From Paenibacillus silvisoli (GTDB lineage: Bacteria; Bacillota; Bacilli; Paenibacillales; Paenibacillaceae): DNA of 64,000 nucleotides. Positions 47,941-58,488 of the stretch are shown piece by piece. The DNA lies in the NCBI RefSeq assembly GCF_030866765.1, contig NZ_CP133017.1, positions 973,091 through 1,037,090 on the forward strand, in the 5' to 3' direction. A program made the translations under genes and the position numbers. Below the pieces are notes generated by a model. It saw nothing but the letters and a program-made list of their open reading frames with translations. It did not search any database and was not told the origin of the DNA. Position 1 is the stretch's first letter, and each line of letters begins with the position of its first letter.

Positions 47941-50900
47941 GTGAGTAGAAAAGGTTCGAGAGGTCTCATCCTGTTCATCTGTTTTATGCTCGTTTTCGGC
48001 TTGTGCGTTCAACAACGGGCGATGGCTGCCTCCGGTGCGCCTGATCCGTTGGACAGCGCGATTCCGAACGAGCCCATAACCGGTGCGGCGTACGGGAATG
48101 GGGTCTATGCGGCGGTAGGCTATTACGGCAAAATTTTGACCTCTGCCAACGGGGTGGATTGGCAAATAGCCGCGGATAAAACGAGGCTCGACGTCACCTA
48201 TACGGGCGTTGCTTACGGCAATAGCCAATTCGTCGCCGTCGGGTACGATGGGACGATCATGACGTCGCCGAACGGGACGGTGTGGACGCAGCGAGATTCT
48301 ACCGTCACGGGTATCATTTCGAGAGTCGCTTACGTGACGACGAACGGCATCAACCAGTTTTTTGCCGTTACTAAAGGAGGAGTCTTGCTTACGTCGACCG
48401 ATGGGATCGCATGGTCCTCGGCTTCGGTGGGAACGAGCAACGATCTTACCTCCATCGCGTTCAGCTCGTCTGCGGTCGTTATTGGCGATTCGGGCGGATA
48501 CATGCATACTTCGGGCGACGGAGCTAATTGGGGGCACAAGAAGCTTGATGCTTCTTCTTTTTTCATTAACTCGGTCTTCAATCTTAACGGCCGTTTCTAT
48601 GCAAACGACCCCATTGTGGGGACCTATATGTCTGCGGATGGAGCGAACTGGGGGAAATTGTGGTCCGTCAGCTCGCCAAGTCAAGTCTTCGGCGGTCTCT
48701 ATGATGGCACCAACTATTATTTGTTTGGATACGACGGAACGTCCTATGGCGGGATTTTTAAGTCCGGCAATGGGGGAGACAACTTTACGCCGCAATCTAA
48801 AAGCACGACGATGACCTCGCAAAATGCTTTCTACGCGAACGGGGTCTACATGCAGCTCGGCAACGACGGCATCGTCGTATCGACCAACGGAACCAATTGG
48901 GATTACGCCTACGGCGGCGTGGTGTCCAGCGTATTCTACGACGGTACGAAATACATCGCTGTCGGGAAACGTGGCAGCGACGGATTCATTAAATACTCGA
49001 CCGATTACGTGAATTGGACGTATGCTGCTTTGCCGCAGCGGGTTCCTGCTCTGACGTCGATTACCTCCGGGATGGGAAAATATATCGCGGTGAGCGACAA
49101 CCCAGGTACGGTGCTCGTATCAGGCGATGGCATGAGCTGGACTGTCAACTCTCCAACGATTTCGAGGTACGGCTTCACATCGATCGCTTTTGCAAATGCC
49201 AACTTCGTGGCTGTGAATAAGGTTGGGTCCATTTATTTGTCGACAGACAAAGGCGCAAACTGGACGCAGGTTAGGAGCGATTCCAACTATAATGCGTTAC
49301 GGTTTATTACAGGTCAAGGTGGATTTTCTGTCGCCGGAGATTCGGGTCTCTTCCTTCAGTCCCCGGATAGCGGGAATACGTGGTCAACCGTTTCATCCAT
49401 TCCAGCGGCATTTACATTTGATAAGAAGAGTATCCATTCAACGGATATACCATTCTCGTTTTCGTTCGGGACCTTGAATAAGATTACGGCCAGCAATTAT
49501 GGCAGCGATATTGTTGAAGGCACCGATTACAGCGTTTCAGGCACAACGGTCACGCTTAAAAAATCATTCTTGGCCAAGTTACCTCTCGGATGGCAAACCA
49601 TTGCCTTGCATCTAAGCACCGGTGGCTCATTCACGAGGATGGCCGTCAATGTAGTGAATACTTCTCCTGCGCTAGCGCAGGTATCGAGCGTACAGCTTAC
49701 TCCGAGCGGGAACGCATCTTGGAGCAGTGTGTCCGGGGCGGCCGGCTACGAAGTGCAGCTATACCGTAACGGGGCAGTCTGGGGCGGCGCGGTTTGGGTA
49801 TCTGCCGGCAGCGGAAGCTACAATGTTTTGGCAGCTATGCGTGCTGCCGGACCAGGCGTGTATACGTTCAAAGTAAAAGCGTTAGGGGATACCGTCACCT
49901 ATCAGGATGGACCTCAATCGAACGCTTCGTCGGGCGTGACCATTTACAAGACGCCGACGGAGGATGGAACGCCTAAGAACGGAACAACGCAGAGACTTGA
50001 TTTTTCGATTGTCGTAAATGCCCAAAACGGGACACAGGCAACAGCGAAAATAGGCGGACAAAACGTCTTGCAAACGGGTACCGAAGTTGCAGTAGCGAAT
50101 GGAAAAGCGACGCTTCCGATTGATATGGATGGACTGTCGGAGGGCATGAACCAGATCGCGATCGCATTGAAAGATGCGCAAGGCAATTTCTCCGAACCAT
50201 TAACGGTTGCCGTAACGAAGGATACAACACCGCCTACGGCAGCGACCGAAGACGGTACGGCCGACAAAGCGGGAACGACTCAGACGGCCAACTTCAACTT
50301 GATCGTGAACGCGGAAACGGGAGCTGCGGTAACGGCTAAGGTAAGCGGTACGAACGTCCTCCAAGCCGGCGTGAGCGTGACTGCTGCGGGCGGCTTAGCG
50401 ACATTGCCGATCGATCTCTCGAAATTGTCCGAGGGAGTCAACGTTATTACGATCGTCGTAACGGATGCGGTAGAGAACGTATCCTCGCCGCTGACGGTTA
50501 GCGTAACGAAGGATACCGTGAGCGCAGCGAAGGCGGCACTGGAAATCGGATACGGCGGTAGTGATACGGCGGCCAGCGTGACGCAAGCATTGACGCTGCC
50601 GGCAACAGGACTGAACGGAACGACGGTTACGTGGACGACTAGTGCATCGGCAACGATCGCCGGGACAGGTGCGGTAACTCGTCCTGCATACGGAGAAGGC
50701 GATGCAACGGTAACGGTAACCGCGACGGTTACCAAAGACGGCGTTAGCCAGACCAAAACATTTACGCTGATCGTCCTGCAGCAAGAGCCGACGGATACGC
50801 AAGCGGTAAGCGAAGCGAAGGCGGCGCTGGACATTACGTATGGCGGAAGCGATACGGCTGGGAGCGTAACGCAAGCGTTGACGCTGCCGGGAGCAGGGCT

Positions 50901-53900
50901 GCATGGAACGACGGTAACTTGGTCGTCCAACGGACAGGCAGCGATCTCAAATACAGGAGTGGTAACGCGCCCTGCATTTGGGGACGGCGATGCAACGGTA
51001 ATACTGACGGCGACGATTACGAAAGGCGCGGTTAGTGAGACGAAGACGTTCACGTTGACCGTAGTGAAGCTTGCGCAAACGGACGCGGAAGCGGTAAGCG
51101 CAGCAAAGACGGCTTTGGAAATTGGATATGGCGGTAGTGATACAGTGGCTAGCGTGACGCAAGCGTTGACGCTGCCGGCTGGGGAGTTTGGAACGACGGT
51201 TACATGGTCGTCGGACACAGAGGCAACGATCTCAGATGCCGGCGTGGTAACGCGTCCTTCGTTTGGATCGGGCGATGCAACGGTAACGTTGACGGCGACG
51301 ATTACGAAAGGCGCGGTTAGTGAGACGAAGACGTTTACGCTGATTGTAGTGAAGCTTGCGCAAACGGATGCGGAAGCGGTAAGCGAAGCGAAGGCAGCGC
51401 TGGAAATTGGTTTTGGCGGTAGTGATACGGCGGTTAGCGTGACGCAAGCGTTGACACTGCCAGTAGGGCAGTTTGGAACGACGGTTACATGGTCGTCGGA
51501 CACAGAGGCAACGATCTCAGATGCCGGCGTGGTAACGCGTCCTTCATTCGGATCGGGAGATGCAACGGTGACGTTGACGGCGACGATTTCGAAAGGTGCG
51601 GTTAATGAGACGAAGGCATTCACGTTGACTGTCGTGAAGCTTGCGCAGACGGATGCGGAAGCGGTGAGCGCAGCGAAGGCAGCGCTGGAAATTGGGTTTG
51701 GTGGAAGCGACGCAGCGGCGAGCGTGACGCAAGCGTTGACGCTGCCAGCAGGGCAGTTTGGAACGACGGTTGCATGGTCGTCCGACACAGAGGCAACGAT
51801 CTCAGATGCCGGCGTGGTAACGCGTCCTTCGTTTGGATCGGGCGATGCAACGGTGACGTTGACGGCGACGATTACGAAAGGCGCGGTTAGTGAGACGAAG
51901 GCGTTCACGTTGACCGTAGTGAAGCTTGCGCAGACGGATGCGGAAGCGGTAAGCGCAGCGACGGCGGCGCTGGAAATTGGATACGGCGGCAGTGACACAG
52001 CGGCAAGCGTGACGCAAGCGTTGACGCTGCCGGCTGGGCAGTTTGGAACGACGGTTACATGGTCGTCCGATACAGAGGCAACGATCTCAGATGCCGGCGT
52101 GGTAACGCGTCCTTTGTTTGGATCAGGCGATGCAACGGTGACGTTGACGGCGACGATCGCGAAAGGCGCGGTTAGTGAGACGAAGGCGTTCACGTTAACT
52201 GTAGTGAAGCTTGCGCAGACGGATGCGGAAGCGGTGAGCGCAGCGAAGGCGATTTTGGAAATTGGGTACAGCGGCAGTGATACAGCTTCGAGCGTGACGC
52301 AAGCGTTGACGCTGCCAGCCGGTCAGTTTGGAACGACGGTTACATGGTCGTCCGACACAGAGGCAACGATTTCAGATGCCGGCGTGGTAACGCGTCCTTC
52401 TTACACAAATGGCGATGCAATGGTGACATTGACGGCGACGATTACGAAAGGCGGAGCGAGTGAGACGAAGTCGTTCGCGCTGACTGTCGTGAAGCTTGCG
52501 CAGACGGATGCGGAAGCGGTAAGCGCGGCGAAGGCGGCTCTGGAAATTGGTTTCGGCGGCAGTGATACAGCGGCTAGCGTGACGCAAGCGTTGACGATGC
52601 CGGCAGGGCAATTTGGAACGACGGTTACATGGTCGTCGGACACAGAGGCAACGATCTCAGATGCCGGCGTGGTAACGCGTCCGTCTTATACAGATGGCGA
52701 TGCAACGGTAACGTTGACGGCGATTATTACGAAAGGCGCGGTTAGTGAGACGAAGACATTCACGCTGACTGTCGTGAAGCTTGCGCAGACGGATGCGGAA
52801 GCAGTGAGCGCAGCGAAGTCGACATTGGCCATTACGTACGGTGGCAGTGATTCGGCAGCAAGCGTAACGCAAGCAATAACGCTGCCGACAACAGGGCTTA
52901 ACGGAACGACAATTTCGTGGTCGTCCGATGCACAGGCAATGATTTCGAATACAGGTGAGGTAGCGCGTCCTTCGTTTGGGGATGGCGATGCAACGATAAC
53001 GTTGACTGCGACGATTACGAAAGGCGCCGTGAGTGAGACGAAGAAGTTCACGCTAATTGTACTGGAGCGGGAACAAACCGATGCAGAAGCGGTAAGCGCA
53101 GCGAATGCGGTATTGGCTATTACCTACGGTGGCAGTGACTCGGCAACAAGCGTAACGCAAGCAGTAACGCTGCCAACAATTGGACTAAACGGAACGACAA
53201 TCTCGTGGTCGTCCGATACACCTGCAACAATCACGACGTTAGGTGCTGTAACGCGACCAACGTACGGAACAGGCAATGCAACAGTAACGCTGACTGCAAC
53301 CATCACCAAAGGTACAGTAAGCGAAACGAAAACATTCACGCTAACCGTACTAGAGCTAGAACAGACGGATGCGGAAGCGGTAAGTGCAGCGAAGTCGACA
53401 TTGGCGATCACTTATGGCGGCACTGATACAGCAGTAAGCGTAACGCAAGCAGTAACGCTGCCGACAACGGGGCAGAACGGAACGACAGTCACATGGTCGT
53501 CCGACACACCTGCAACAATCACGACGTCAGGTGCTGTAACGCGCCCAGTGTACGGAGCAGGCAATGCAACAGTAACGCTGACTGCAACCATCACCAAAGG
53601 TACAGTAAGCGAAACGAAAACATTCACGCTAACCGTACTAGAGCTAGAACAGACAGATGCGGAAGCGGTAAGTGCAGCGAAGTCGACATTGGCCATCACT
53701 TACGGCGGCACTGATACAGCATCCAACGTAACGCAAGCAGTAACGTTGCCGACAACGGGGCAGAACGGAACGACAGTCACATGGTCGTCCGACGCACCGT
53801 CAACAATCTCGACGACTGGCGCAGTAACGCGCCCGGCATACGGAGCAGGCAATGCAACAGTAACGCTGACTGCAACCATCACCAAAGGTACAGTAAGCGA

Positions 53901-56900
53901 AACGAAAACATTCACACTAACCGTACTAGAGCTAGAACAGACAGATGCGGAAGCGGTAAGTGCAGCGAAGTCGACATTGGCCATCACTTACGGCGGCACT
54001 GACTCAGCAACAAGCGTAACGCAAGCGTTGACGCTGCCGACAACGGGGCTTAACGGAACGACAATCTCGTGGTCATCCGACACACCTACAACAATCACGA
54101 CGTCAGGTGCTGTAACGCGCCCAGTGTACGGAGCAGGCAATGCAACAGTAACGCTGACTGCAACCATCACCAAAGGTACAGTAAGCGAAACGAAAACATT
54201 CACACTAACCGTACTAGAGCTAGAACAGACAGATGCGGAAGCGGTAAGTGCAGCGAAGTCGACATTGGCCATCACTTACGGTGGCACTGACTCAGCAACA
54301 AGCGTAACGCAAGCGTTGACGCTGCCGACAACGGGGCTTAACGGAACGACAATCTCGTGGTCATCCGACACACCTACAACAATCACGACATCAGGTGCTG
54401 TAACGCGCCCAGTGTACGGAGCAGGCAATGCAACGGTAACGCTGACTGCGACGATCACCAAAGGTACAGCAAGCGAAACGAAAACATTCACGATAACCGT
54501 ATTAGAGCTAGAACAGACGGATGCGGAAGCGGTAAATGCAGCGAAGTCGACATTGGCCATCACTTACGGCGGCACTGATACAGCATCCAACGTAACGCAA
54601 GCAGTAACGTTGCCGACAACGGGGCAGAACGGAACGACAGTCACATGGTCGTCCGACACACCTGCAACAATCACGACGTCAGGTGCTGTAACGCGCCCGG
54701 TGTACGGAGCAGGCAATGCAACGGTAACGTTGACTGCAACCATCACCAAAGGTACAGCGAGCGAAACGAAAACATTCACGCTAACTGTACCGGAGCTAGT
54801 ACAGACGGATGCGGAAGCGGTAAGCACAGCGAAGTCGACATTGGTCATCACTTACGGCGGTAGTGACTCAGCAACAAGCGTAACGCAAGCGTTGACGCTG
54901 CCGACAACGGGGCTTAACGGAACGACAATCTCGTGGTCGTCCGACGCACCGTCAACAATCTCGACGACTGGCGCAGTAACGCGCCCGGCATACGGAGCAG
55001 GCAATGCAACGGTAACGCTGACTGCAACCATCACCAAAGGTACAGCAAGCGAAACGAAAACATTCACGCTAACCGTACCGGAGCTAGTACAGACGGATGC
55101 GGAAGCGGTAAGCGCAGCGAAGTCGACATTGGCCATCACTTACGGCGGCACTGACTCGGCAACAAGCGTAACGCAAGCAGTAACGCTGCCAACAATTGGA
55201 CTAAACGGAACGACAATCTCGTGGTCGTCCGATACACCTGCAACAATCACGACGTTAGGTGCTGTAACGCGACCAACGTACGGAACAGGCAATGCAACGG
55301 TAACGCTGACTGCGACGATCACCAAAGGTACAGCAAGCGAAACGAAAACATTCACGCTAACCGTATTAGAGCTAGAACAGACGGATGCGGAAGCGGTAAA
55401 TGCAGCGAAGTCGACATTGGCCATCACTTACGGCGGCACTGATACAGCATCCAACGTAACGCAAGCAGTAACGTTGCCGACAACGGGGCAGAACGGAACG
55501 ACAGTCACATGGTCGTCCGACGCACCGTCAACAATCTCGACGACTGGCGCAGTAACGCGCCCGGCATACGGAGCAGGCAATGCAACAGTAACGCTGACTG
55601 CGACCATCACTAAAGGCACAGCAAGCGAAACGAAAACATTCACGCTAACTGTACCGGAGCTAGTACAGACGGATGCGGAAGCGGTAAGCGCAGCGAAGTC
55701 GACATTGGTCATCACTTACGGCGGTAGTGACTCAGCAACAAGTGTAACGCAAGCGTTAATGCTGCCAACAACGGGCCTGAACGGAACGACAATCTCGTGG
55801 TCGTCCGACGCACCGTCAACAATCTCGACGACTGGCGCAGTAACGCGCCCGGCATACGGAGCAGGCAATGCAACGGTAACGCTGACTGCAACCATCACCA
55901 AAGGTACAGCAAGCGAAACGAAAACATTCACGCTAACCGTACCGGAGCTAGTACAGACGGATGCGGAAGCGGTAAGCGCAGCGAAGTCGACATTGGCCAT
56001 CACTTACGGCGGCACTGACTCGGCAACAAGCGTAACGCAAGCAGTAACGCTGCCGACAACGGGACAGGACGGAACGACAGTGAAATGGTCGTCCGATGCT
56101 GCAACAACGATTTCAACGAATGGTACGGTAACGCGTCCAGCGTATGAAGCTGGCGATGCAACGGTAACGTTGACCGCCACGATCACCAAGGGCACAGCAA
56201 GCGAGACGAAGACATTTATTCTAACCGTACTGAAGCTAGCCGAAGTAACACCGCCAGTCGACGTAACGCCACCAGCGGCACCAACGGTGAACGCAGTGGA
56301 CAGCGATGACCTCGTCATCACAGGTACAGCGGAAGCGGGTTCGACCGTAACAGTAAAAGCAGGCGGCACGACGCTGGGAACGGCGAAGGCAACGGGAGGA
56401 GCATTCTCCATCACGCTGACGGCCGCATTATCGGCAGGTACGGAGCTTGAAGTAACCGCGACGGATGCGGCAAGCAATGTAAGCCCGGCAACGCACGTAA
56501 CGGTAACGGAGGCGAACACAACTCCGGTTGACGTAACGCCACCAGCTGCACCAGCGGTGAACGCGGTGGACAGCGATGACCTCGTCATCACAGGTACAGC
56601 GGAAGCGGGTTCGACCGTAACGGTAAAAGCAGGCAGTACGACGCTGGGAACGGCTAAGGCAACGGGAGGAGCATTCTCCATCACGCTGACGGCCGCATTA
56701 TCGGCAGGTACGGAGCTTGAAGTAACCGCGACGGATGCGGCAAGCAATGTAAGCCCGGCAACGCACGTAACGGTAACGGAGGCGAACACAACTCCGGTTG
56801 ACGTAACGCCACCAGCTGCACCAGCGGTGAACGCGGTGGACAGCGATGACCTCGTCATCACAGGTACAGCGGAAGCGGGTTCGACCGTAACGGTAAAAGC

Positions 56901-58311
56901 AGGCAGTACGACGCTGGGAACGGCTAAGGCAACGGGAGGAGCATTCTCCATCACGCTGACGGCCGCATTATCGGCAGGTACGGAGCTTGAAGTAACCGCG
57001 ACGGATGCGGCAAGCAATGTAAGCCCGGCAACGCACGTAACGGTGACGGAGGTGAACACAACTCCAGTCGACGTAACGCCACCAGCTGCACCAACGGTGA
57101 ACGCAGTGGACAGCGATGACCTCGTCATCACAGGTACAGCGGAAGCGGGTTCGACCGTAACGGTAAAAACAGGCGGCACGACGCTGGGAACAGCGACGGT
57201 AACGGGAGGCACGTTCTCCATCACGCTGACGGCCGCACGATCGGCAAGTACGGAGCTTGAAATAACCGCGACGGATGCGGCCGGCAACGTGAGTCCTGCA
57301 ACTCACATAACGGTAACTGCAGTGACTCCAGCACCTACGCCAACGCCGACACCGACTCCAACACCGGAACCAAGCGACACTCCGGTAACGTCGACAGACG
57401 GCGCGTTGACGCTTCCTGTAGGCCGAGCAGGTCAGGTTAGCTTGGGAGACCATGTGATGATCTCTATTCCTGCGGGCTCGACAGACACTGAGCTGAAACT
57501 AACGATTGAAGAAGTGCTGAACACGCAGGAGCTGCTATCGGATAAAGATGTTTTAGCGAGTCCGATCTTCGAGCTGTTGAAAAACTTTTCGGAAAACTTC
57601 AATAAACCGGTAACGCTCACGTTTGCATTTGATTCGTCCAAATTAAGTGCCGGCAAGCGGGCAGCCGTATTCTACTATGACGAAGCGAAGAAGGAATGGG
57701 TGGAAGTCGGCGGCTCGGTCAACGGAGGCAGCATTACCGCGGATGTTAACCACTTCACGAAGTTCGCGGTCATGGTTGTCGATCAGCTCAGCGACATTAC
57801 GGGACACTGGGCTGAAGCGAGTATCAAGCAAGCGGTGAGCAACGGTATCGTTAAGGGTTACCAAGACGGAACGTTCAAGCCAGGAAAAACGGTAACGCGC
57901 GCGGAATTCGCCGTCATGCTGATGAATGCGCTGAAGCCGGAAGGCAACGGAGCGGCACTGACGTTCACGGATAAGGCAGAAATCGGAGCCTGGGCGCAGA
58001 AAGCAGTCGCTCAAGCGGTGCAAGCAGGTATTATTACCGGCTATGCGGACGGTAGCTTCGGTCCGAACGAGGAGATTACGCGCGCAGAGATGGCGGCGAT
58101 GATCGCGAAGGCAATGGGCAAGTCGACTGAAGGAGCCGGAGCAACGGGTTTCGCAGACGATAAGGACATCCCCGCGTGGGCCAAAGCCGGCGTAGCGTTC
58201 GTGAAGCAAGCGGGCGTGATGCAGGGCAAAGGCGATAACCGATTCATCCCTGAAGACCATGCAACAAGAGCGGAAGCTGTAACGGTTCTGATGAACCTGT
58301 TGGAGCAGTAA
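47941..58311 (+). CDS. Giant S-layer-homology surface protein (~3450 aa): N-terminal BNR/Asp-box-like beta-propeller repeats, Fn3/Ig-like domains, 20 tandem 96-aa Ig-like repeats, 4 tandem 90-aa Ig-like repeats, three C-terminal SLH domains
   Basis: Likely GTG start at 47941 (GAGGTG RBS, signal peptide LILFICFMLVFGLCVQQRAMAA). About 11 copies of an (S/T)xDGxxW motif. Repeat unit AEAVSAAKSTLAITYGG..VTQALTLPTTGLNGTT(I/V)xWSSD...VTRP.YG.GNATVTLTATITKGT.SETKTFTLTV. C-terminal SLH triad (HWAEASIKQAVSNGIVKGY..., FTDKAEIGAWAQKAV..., FADDKDIPAWAKAGV...). Confidence 0.8.
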   Translation: MSRKGSRGLILFICFMLVFGLCVQQRAMAASGAPDPLDSAIPNEPITGAAYGNGVYAAVGYYGKILTSANGVDWQIAADKTRLDVTYTGVAYGNSQFVAVGYDGTIMTSPNGTVWTQRDSTVTGIISRVAYVTTNGINQFFAVTKGGVLLTSTDGIAWSSASVGTSNDLTSIAFSSSAVVIGDSGGYMHTSGDGANWGHKKLDASSFFINSVFNLNGRFYANDPIVGTYMSADGANWGKLWSVSSPSQVFGGLYDGTNYYLFGYDGTSYGGIFKSGNGGDNFTPQSKSTTMTSQNAFYANGVYMQLGNDGIVVSTNGTNWDYAYGGVVSSVFYDGTKYIAVGKRGSDGFIKYSTDYVNWTYAALPQRVPALTSITSGMGKYIAVSDNPGTVLVSGDGMSWTVNSPTISRYGFTSIAFANANFVAVNKVGSIYLSTDKGANWTQVRSDSNYNALRFITGQGGFSVAGDSGLFLQSPDSGNTWSTVSSIPAAFTFDKKSIHSTDIPFSFSFGTLNKITASNYGSDIVEGTDYSVSGTTVTLKKSFLAKLPLGWQTIALHLSTGGSFTRMAVNVVNTSPALAQVSSVQLTPSGNASWSSVSGAAGYEVQLYRNGAVWGGAVWVSAGSGSYNVLAAMRAAGPGVYTFKVKALGDTVTYQDGPQSNASSGVTIYKTPTEDGTPKNGTTQRLDFSIVVNAQNGTQATAKIGGQNVLQTGTEVAVANGKATLPIDMDGLSEGMNQIAIALKDAQGNFSEPLTVAVTKDTTPPTAATEDGTADKAGTTQTANFNLIVNAETGAAVTAKVSGTNVLQAGVSVTAAGGLATLPIDLSKLSEGVNVITIVVTDAVENVSSPLTVSVTKDTVSAAKAALEIGYGGSDTAASVTQALTLPATGLNGTTVTWTTSASATIAGTGAVTRPAYGEGDATVTVTATVTKDGVSQTKTFTLIVLQQEPTDTQAVSEAKAALDITYGGSDTAGSVTQALTLPGAGLHGTTVTWSSNGQAAISNTGVVTRPAFGDGDATVILTATITKGAVSETKTFTLTVVKLAQTDAEAVSAAKTALEIGYGGSDTVASVTQALTLPAGEFGTTVTWSSDTEATISDAGVVTRPSFGSGDATVTLTATITKGAVSETKTFTLIVVKLAQTDAEAVSEAKAALEIGFGGSDTAVSVTQALTLPVGQFGTTVTWSSDTEATISDAGVVTRPSFGSGDATVTLTATISKGAVNETKAFTLTVVKLAQTDAEAVSAAKAALEIGFGGSDAAASVTQALTLPAGQFGTTVAWSSDTEATISDAGVVTRPSFGSGDATVTLTATITKGAVSETKAFTLTVVKLAQTDAEAVSAATAALEIGYGGSDTAASVTQALTLPAGQFGTTVTWSSDTEATISDAGVVTRPLFGSGDATVTLTATIAKGAVSETKAFTLTVVKLAQTDAEAVSAAKAILEIGYSGSDTASSVTQALTLPAGQFGTTVTWSSDTEATISDAGVVTRPSYTNGDAMVTLTATITKGGASETKSFALTVVKLAQTDAEAVSAAKAALEIGFGGSDTAASVTQALTMPAGQFGTTVTWSSDTEATISDAGVVTRPSYTDGDATVTLTAIITKGAVSETKTFTLTVVKLAQTDAEAVSAAKSTLAITYGGSDSAASVTQAITLPTTGLNGTTISWSSDAQAMISNTGEVARPSFGDGDATITLTATITKGAVSETKKFTLIVLEREQTDAEAVSAANAVLAITYGGSDSATSVTQAVTLPTIGLNGTTISWSSDTPATITTLGAVTRPTYGTGNATVTLTATITKGTVSETKTFTLTVLELEQTDAEAVSAAKSTLAITYGGTDTAVSVTQAVTLPTTGQNGTTVTWSSDTPATITTSGAVTRPVYGAGNATVTLTATITKGTVSETKTFTLTVLELEQTDAEAVSAAKSTLAITYGGTDTASNVTQAVTLPTTGQNGTTVTWSSDAPSTISTTGAVTRPAYGAGNATVTLTATITKGTVSETKTFTLTVLELEQTDAEAVSAAKSTLAITYGGTDSATSVTQALTLPTTGLNGTTISWSSDTPTTITTSGAVTRPVYGAGNATVTLTATITKGTVSETKTFTLTVLELEQTDAEAVSAAKSTLAITYGGTDSATSVTQALTLPTTGLNGTTISWSSDTPTTITTSGAVTRPVYGAGNATVTLTATITKGTASETKTFTITVLELEQTDAEAVNAAKSTLAITYGGTDTASNVTQAVTLPTTGQNGTTVTWSSDTPATITTSGAVTRPVYGAGNATVTLTATITKGTASETKTFTLTVPELVQTDAEAVSTAKSTLVITYGGSDSATSVTQALTLPTTGLNGTTISWSSDAPSTISTTGAVTRPAYGAGNATVTLTATITKGTASETKTFTLTVPELVQTDAEAVSAAKSTLAITYGGTDSATSVTQAVTLPTIGLNGTTISWSSDTPATITTLGAVTRPTYGTGNATVTLTATITKGTASETKTFTLTVLELEQTDAEAVNAAKSTLAITYGGTDTASNVTQAVTLPTTGQNGTTVTWSSDAPSTISTTGAVTRPAYGAGNATVTLTATITKGTASETKTFTLTVPELVQTDAEAVSAAKSTLVITYGGSDSATSVTQALMLPTTGLNGTTISWSSDAPSTISTTGAVTRPAYGAGNATVTLTATITKGTASETKTFTLTVPELVQTDAEAVSAAKSTLAITYGGTDSATSVTQAVTLPTTGQDGTTVKWSSDAATTISTNGTVTRPAYEAGDATVTLTATITKGTASETKTFILTVLKLAEVTPPVDVTPPAAPTVNAVDSDDLVITGTAEAGSTVTVKAGGTTLGTAKATGGAFSITLTAALSAGTELEVTATDAASNVSPATHVTVTEANTTPVDVTPPAAPAVNAVDSDDLVITGTAEAGSTVTVKAGSTTLGTAKATGGAFSITLTAALSAGTELEVTATDAASNVSPATHVTVTEANTTPVDVTPPAAPAVNAVDSDDLVITGTAEAGSTVTVKAGSTTLGTAKATGGAFSITLTAALSAGTELEVTATDAASNVSPATHVTVTEVNTTPVDVTPPAAPTVNAVDSDDLVITGTAEAGSTVTVKTGGTTLGTATVTGGTFSITLTAARSASTELEITATDAAGNVSPATHITVTAVTPAPTPTPTPTPTPEPSDTPVTSTDGALTLPVGRAGQVSLGDHVMISIPAGSTDTELKLTIEEVLNTQELLSDKDVLASPIFELLKNFSENFNKPVTLTFAFDSSKLSAGKRAAVFYYDEAKKEWVEVGGSVNGGSITADVNHFTKFAVMVVDQLSDITGHWAEASIKQAVSNGIVKGYQDGTFKPGKTVTRAEFAVMLMNALKPEGNGAALTFTDKAEIGAWAQKAVAQAVQAGIITGYADGSFGPNEEITRAEMAAMIAKAMGKSTEGAGATGFADDKDIPAWAKAGVAFVKQAGVMQGKGDNRFIPEDHATRAEAVTVLMNLLEQ
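50515..57330 (+). repeat. In-frame tandem DNA repeats inside the giant SLH gene: 20 x 288 bp (50.5-56.24 kb), then 4 x 270 bp (56.25-57.33 kb); distal copies near-identical
   Basis: The 288-bp periodicity is visible as a ladder of identical-length antisense ORFs (53124, 53412, 53700 ... 56003). The 270-bp units at 56521-56790 and 56791-57060 appear identical. Confidence 0.85.
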
Positions 58312-58488
58312 ACGGAGGGTTACCCTGCAGGCGCAGGGTGACCCTTCTTTTTATTTTCAATGATAAATTCCGCACTTCATCCCACAATCCAAAGCCCTCC
58401 GGACAGAAAAAGCGCATTTTAACAGTAAACGCAGCCCTCGCGATATGCCACAATGACAGAAAAGTCATTGGAAAATGGGGTAATACAG

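Noticed and set aside
50280-57287. Antisense ORF ladder (50280..52193 -, 53124..56003 -, 56004..57287 -) and many 73-95 aa ORFs inside the giant SLH gene
   Set aside because: They mirror the 288-bp and 270-bp tandem coding repeats of the plus-strand gene; low-complexity antisense translations, not genes.
50515-57330. Possible CRISPR array, suggested by the regular repeat spacing
   Set aside because: Repeats are 270-288 bp, contiguous with no unique spacers, and maintain an open reading frame encoding Ig-like domains. No cas genes are nearby.
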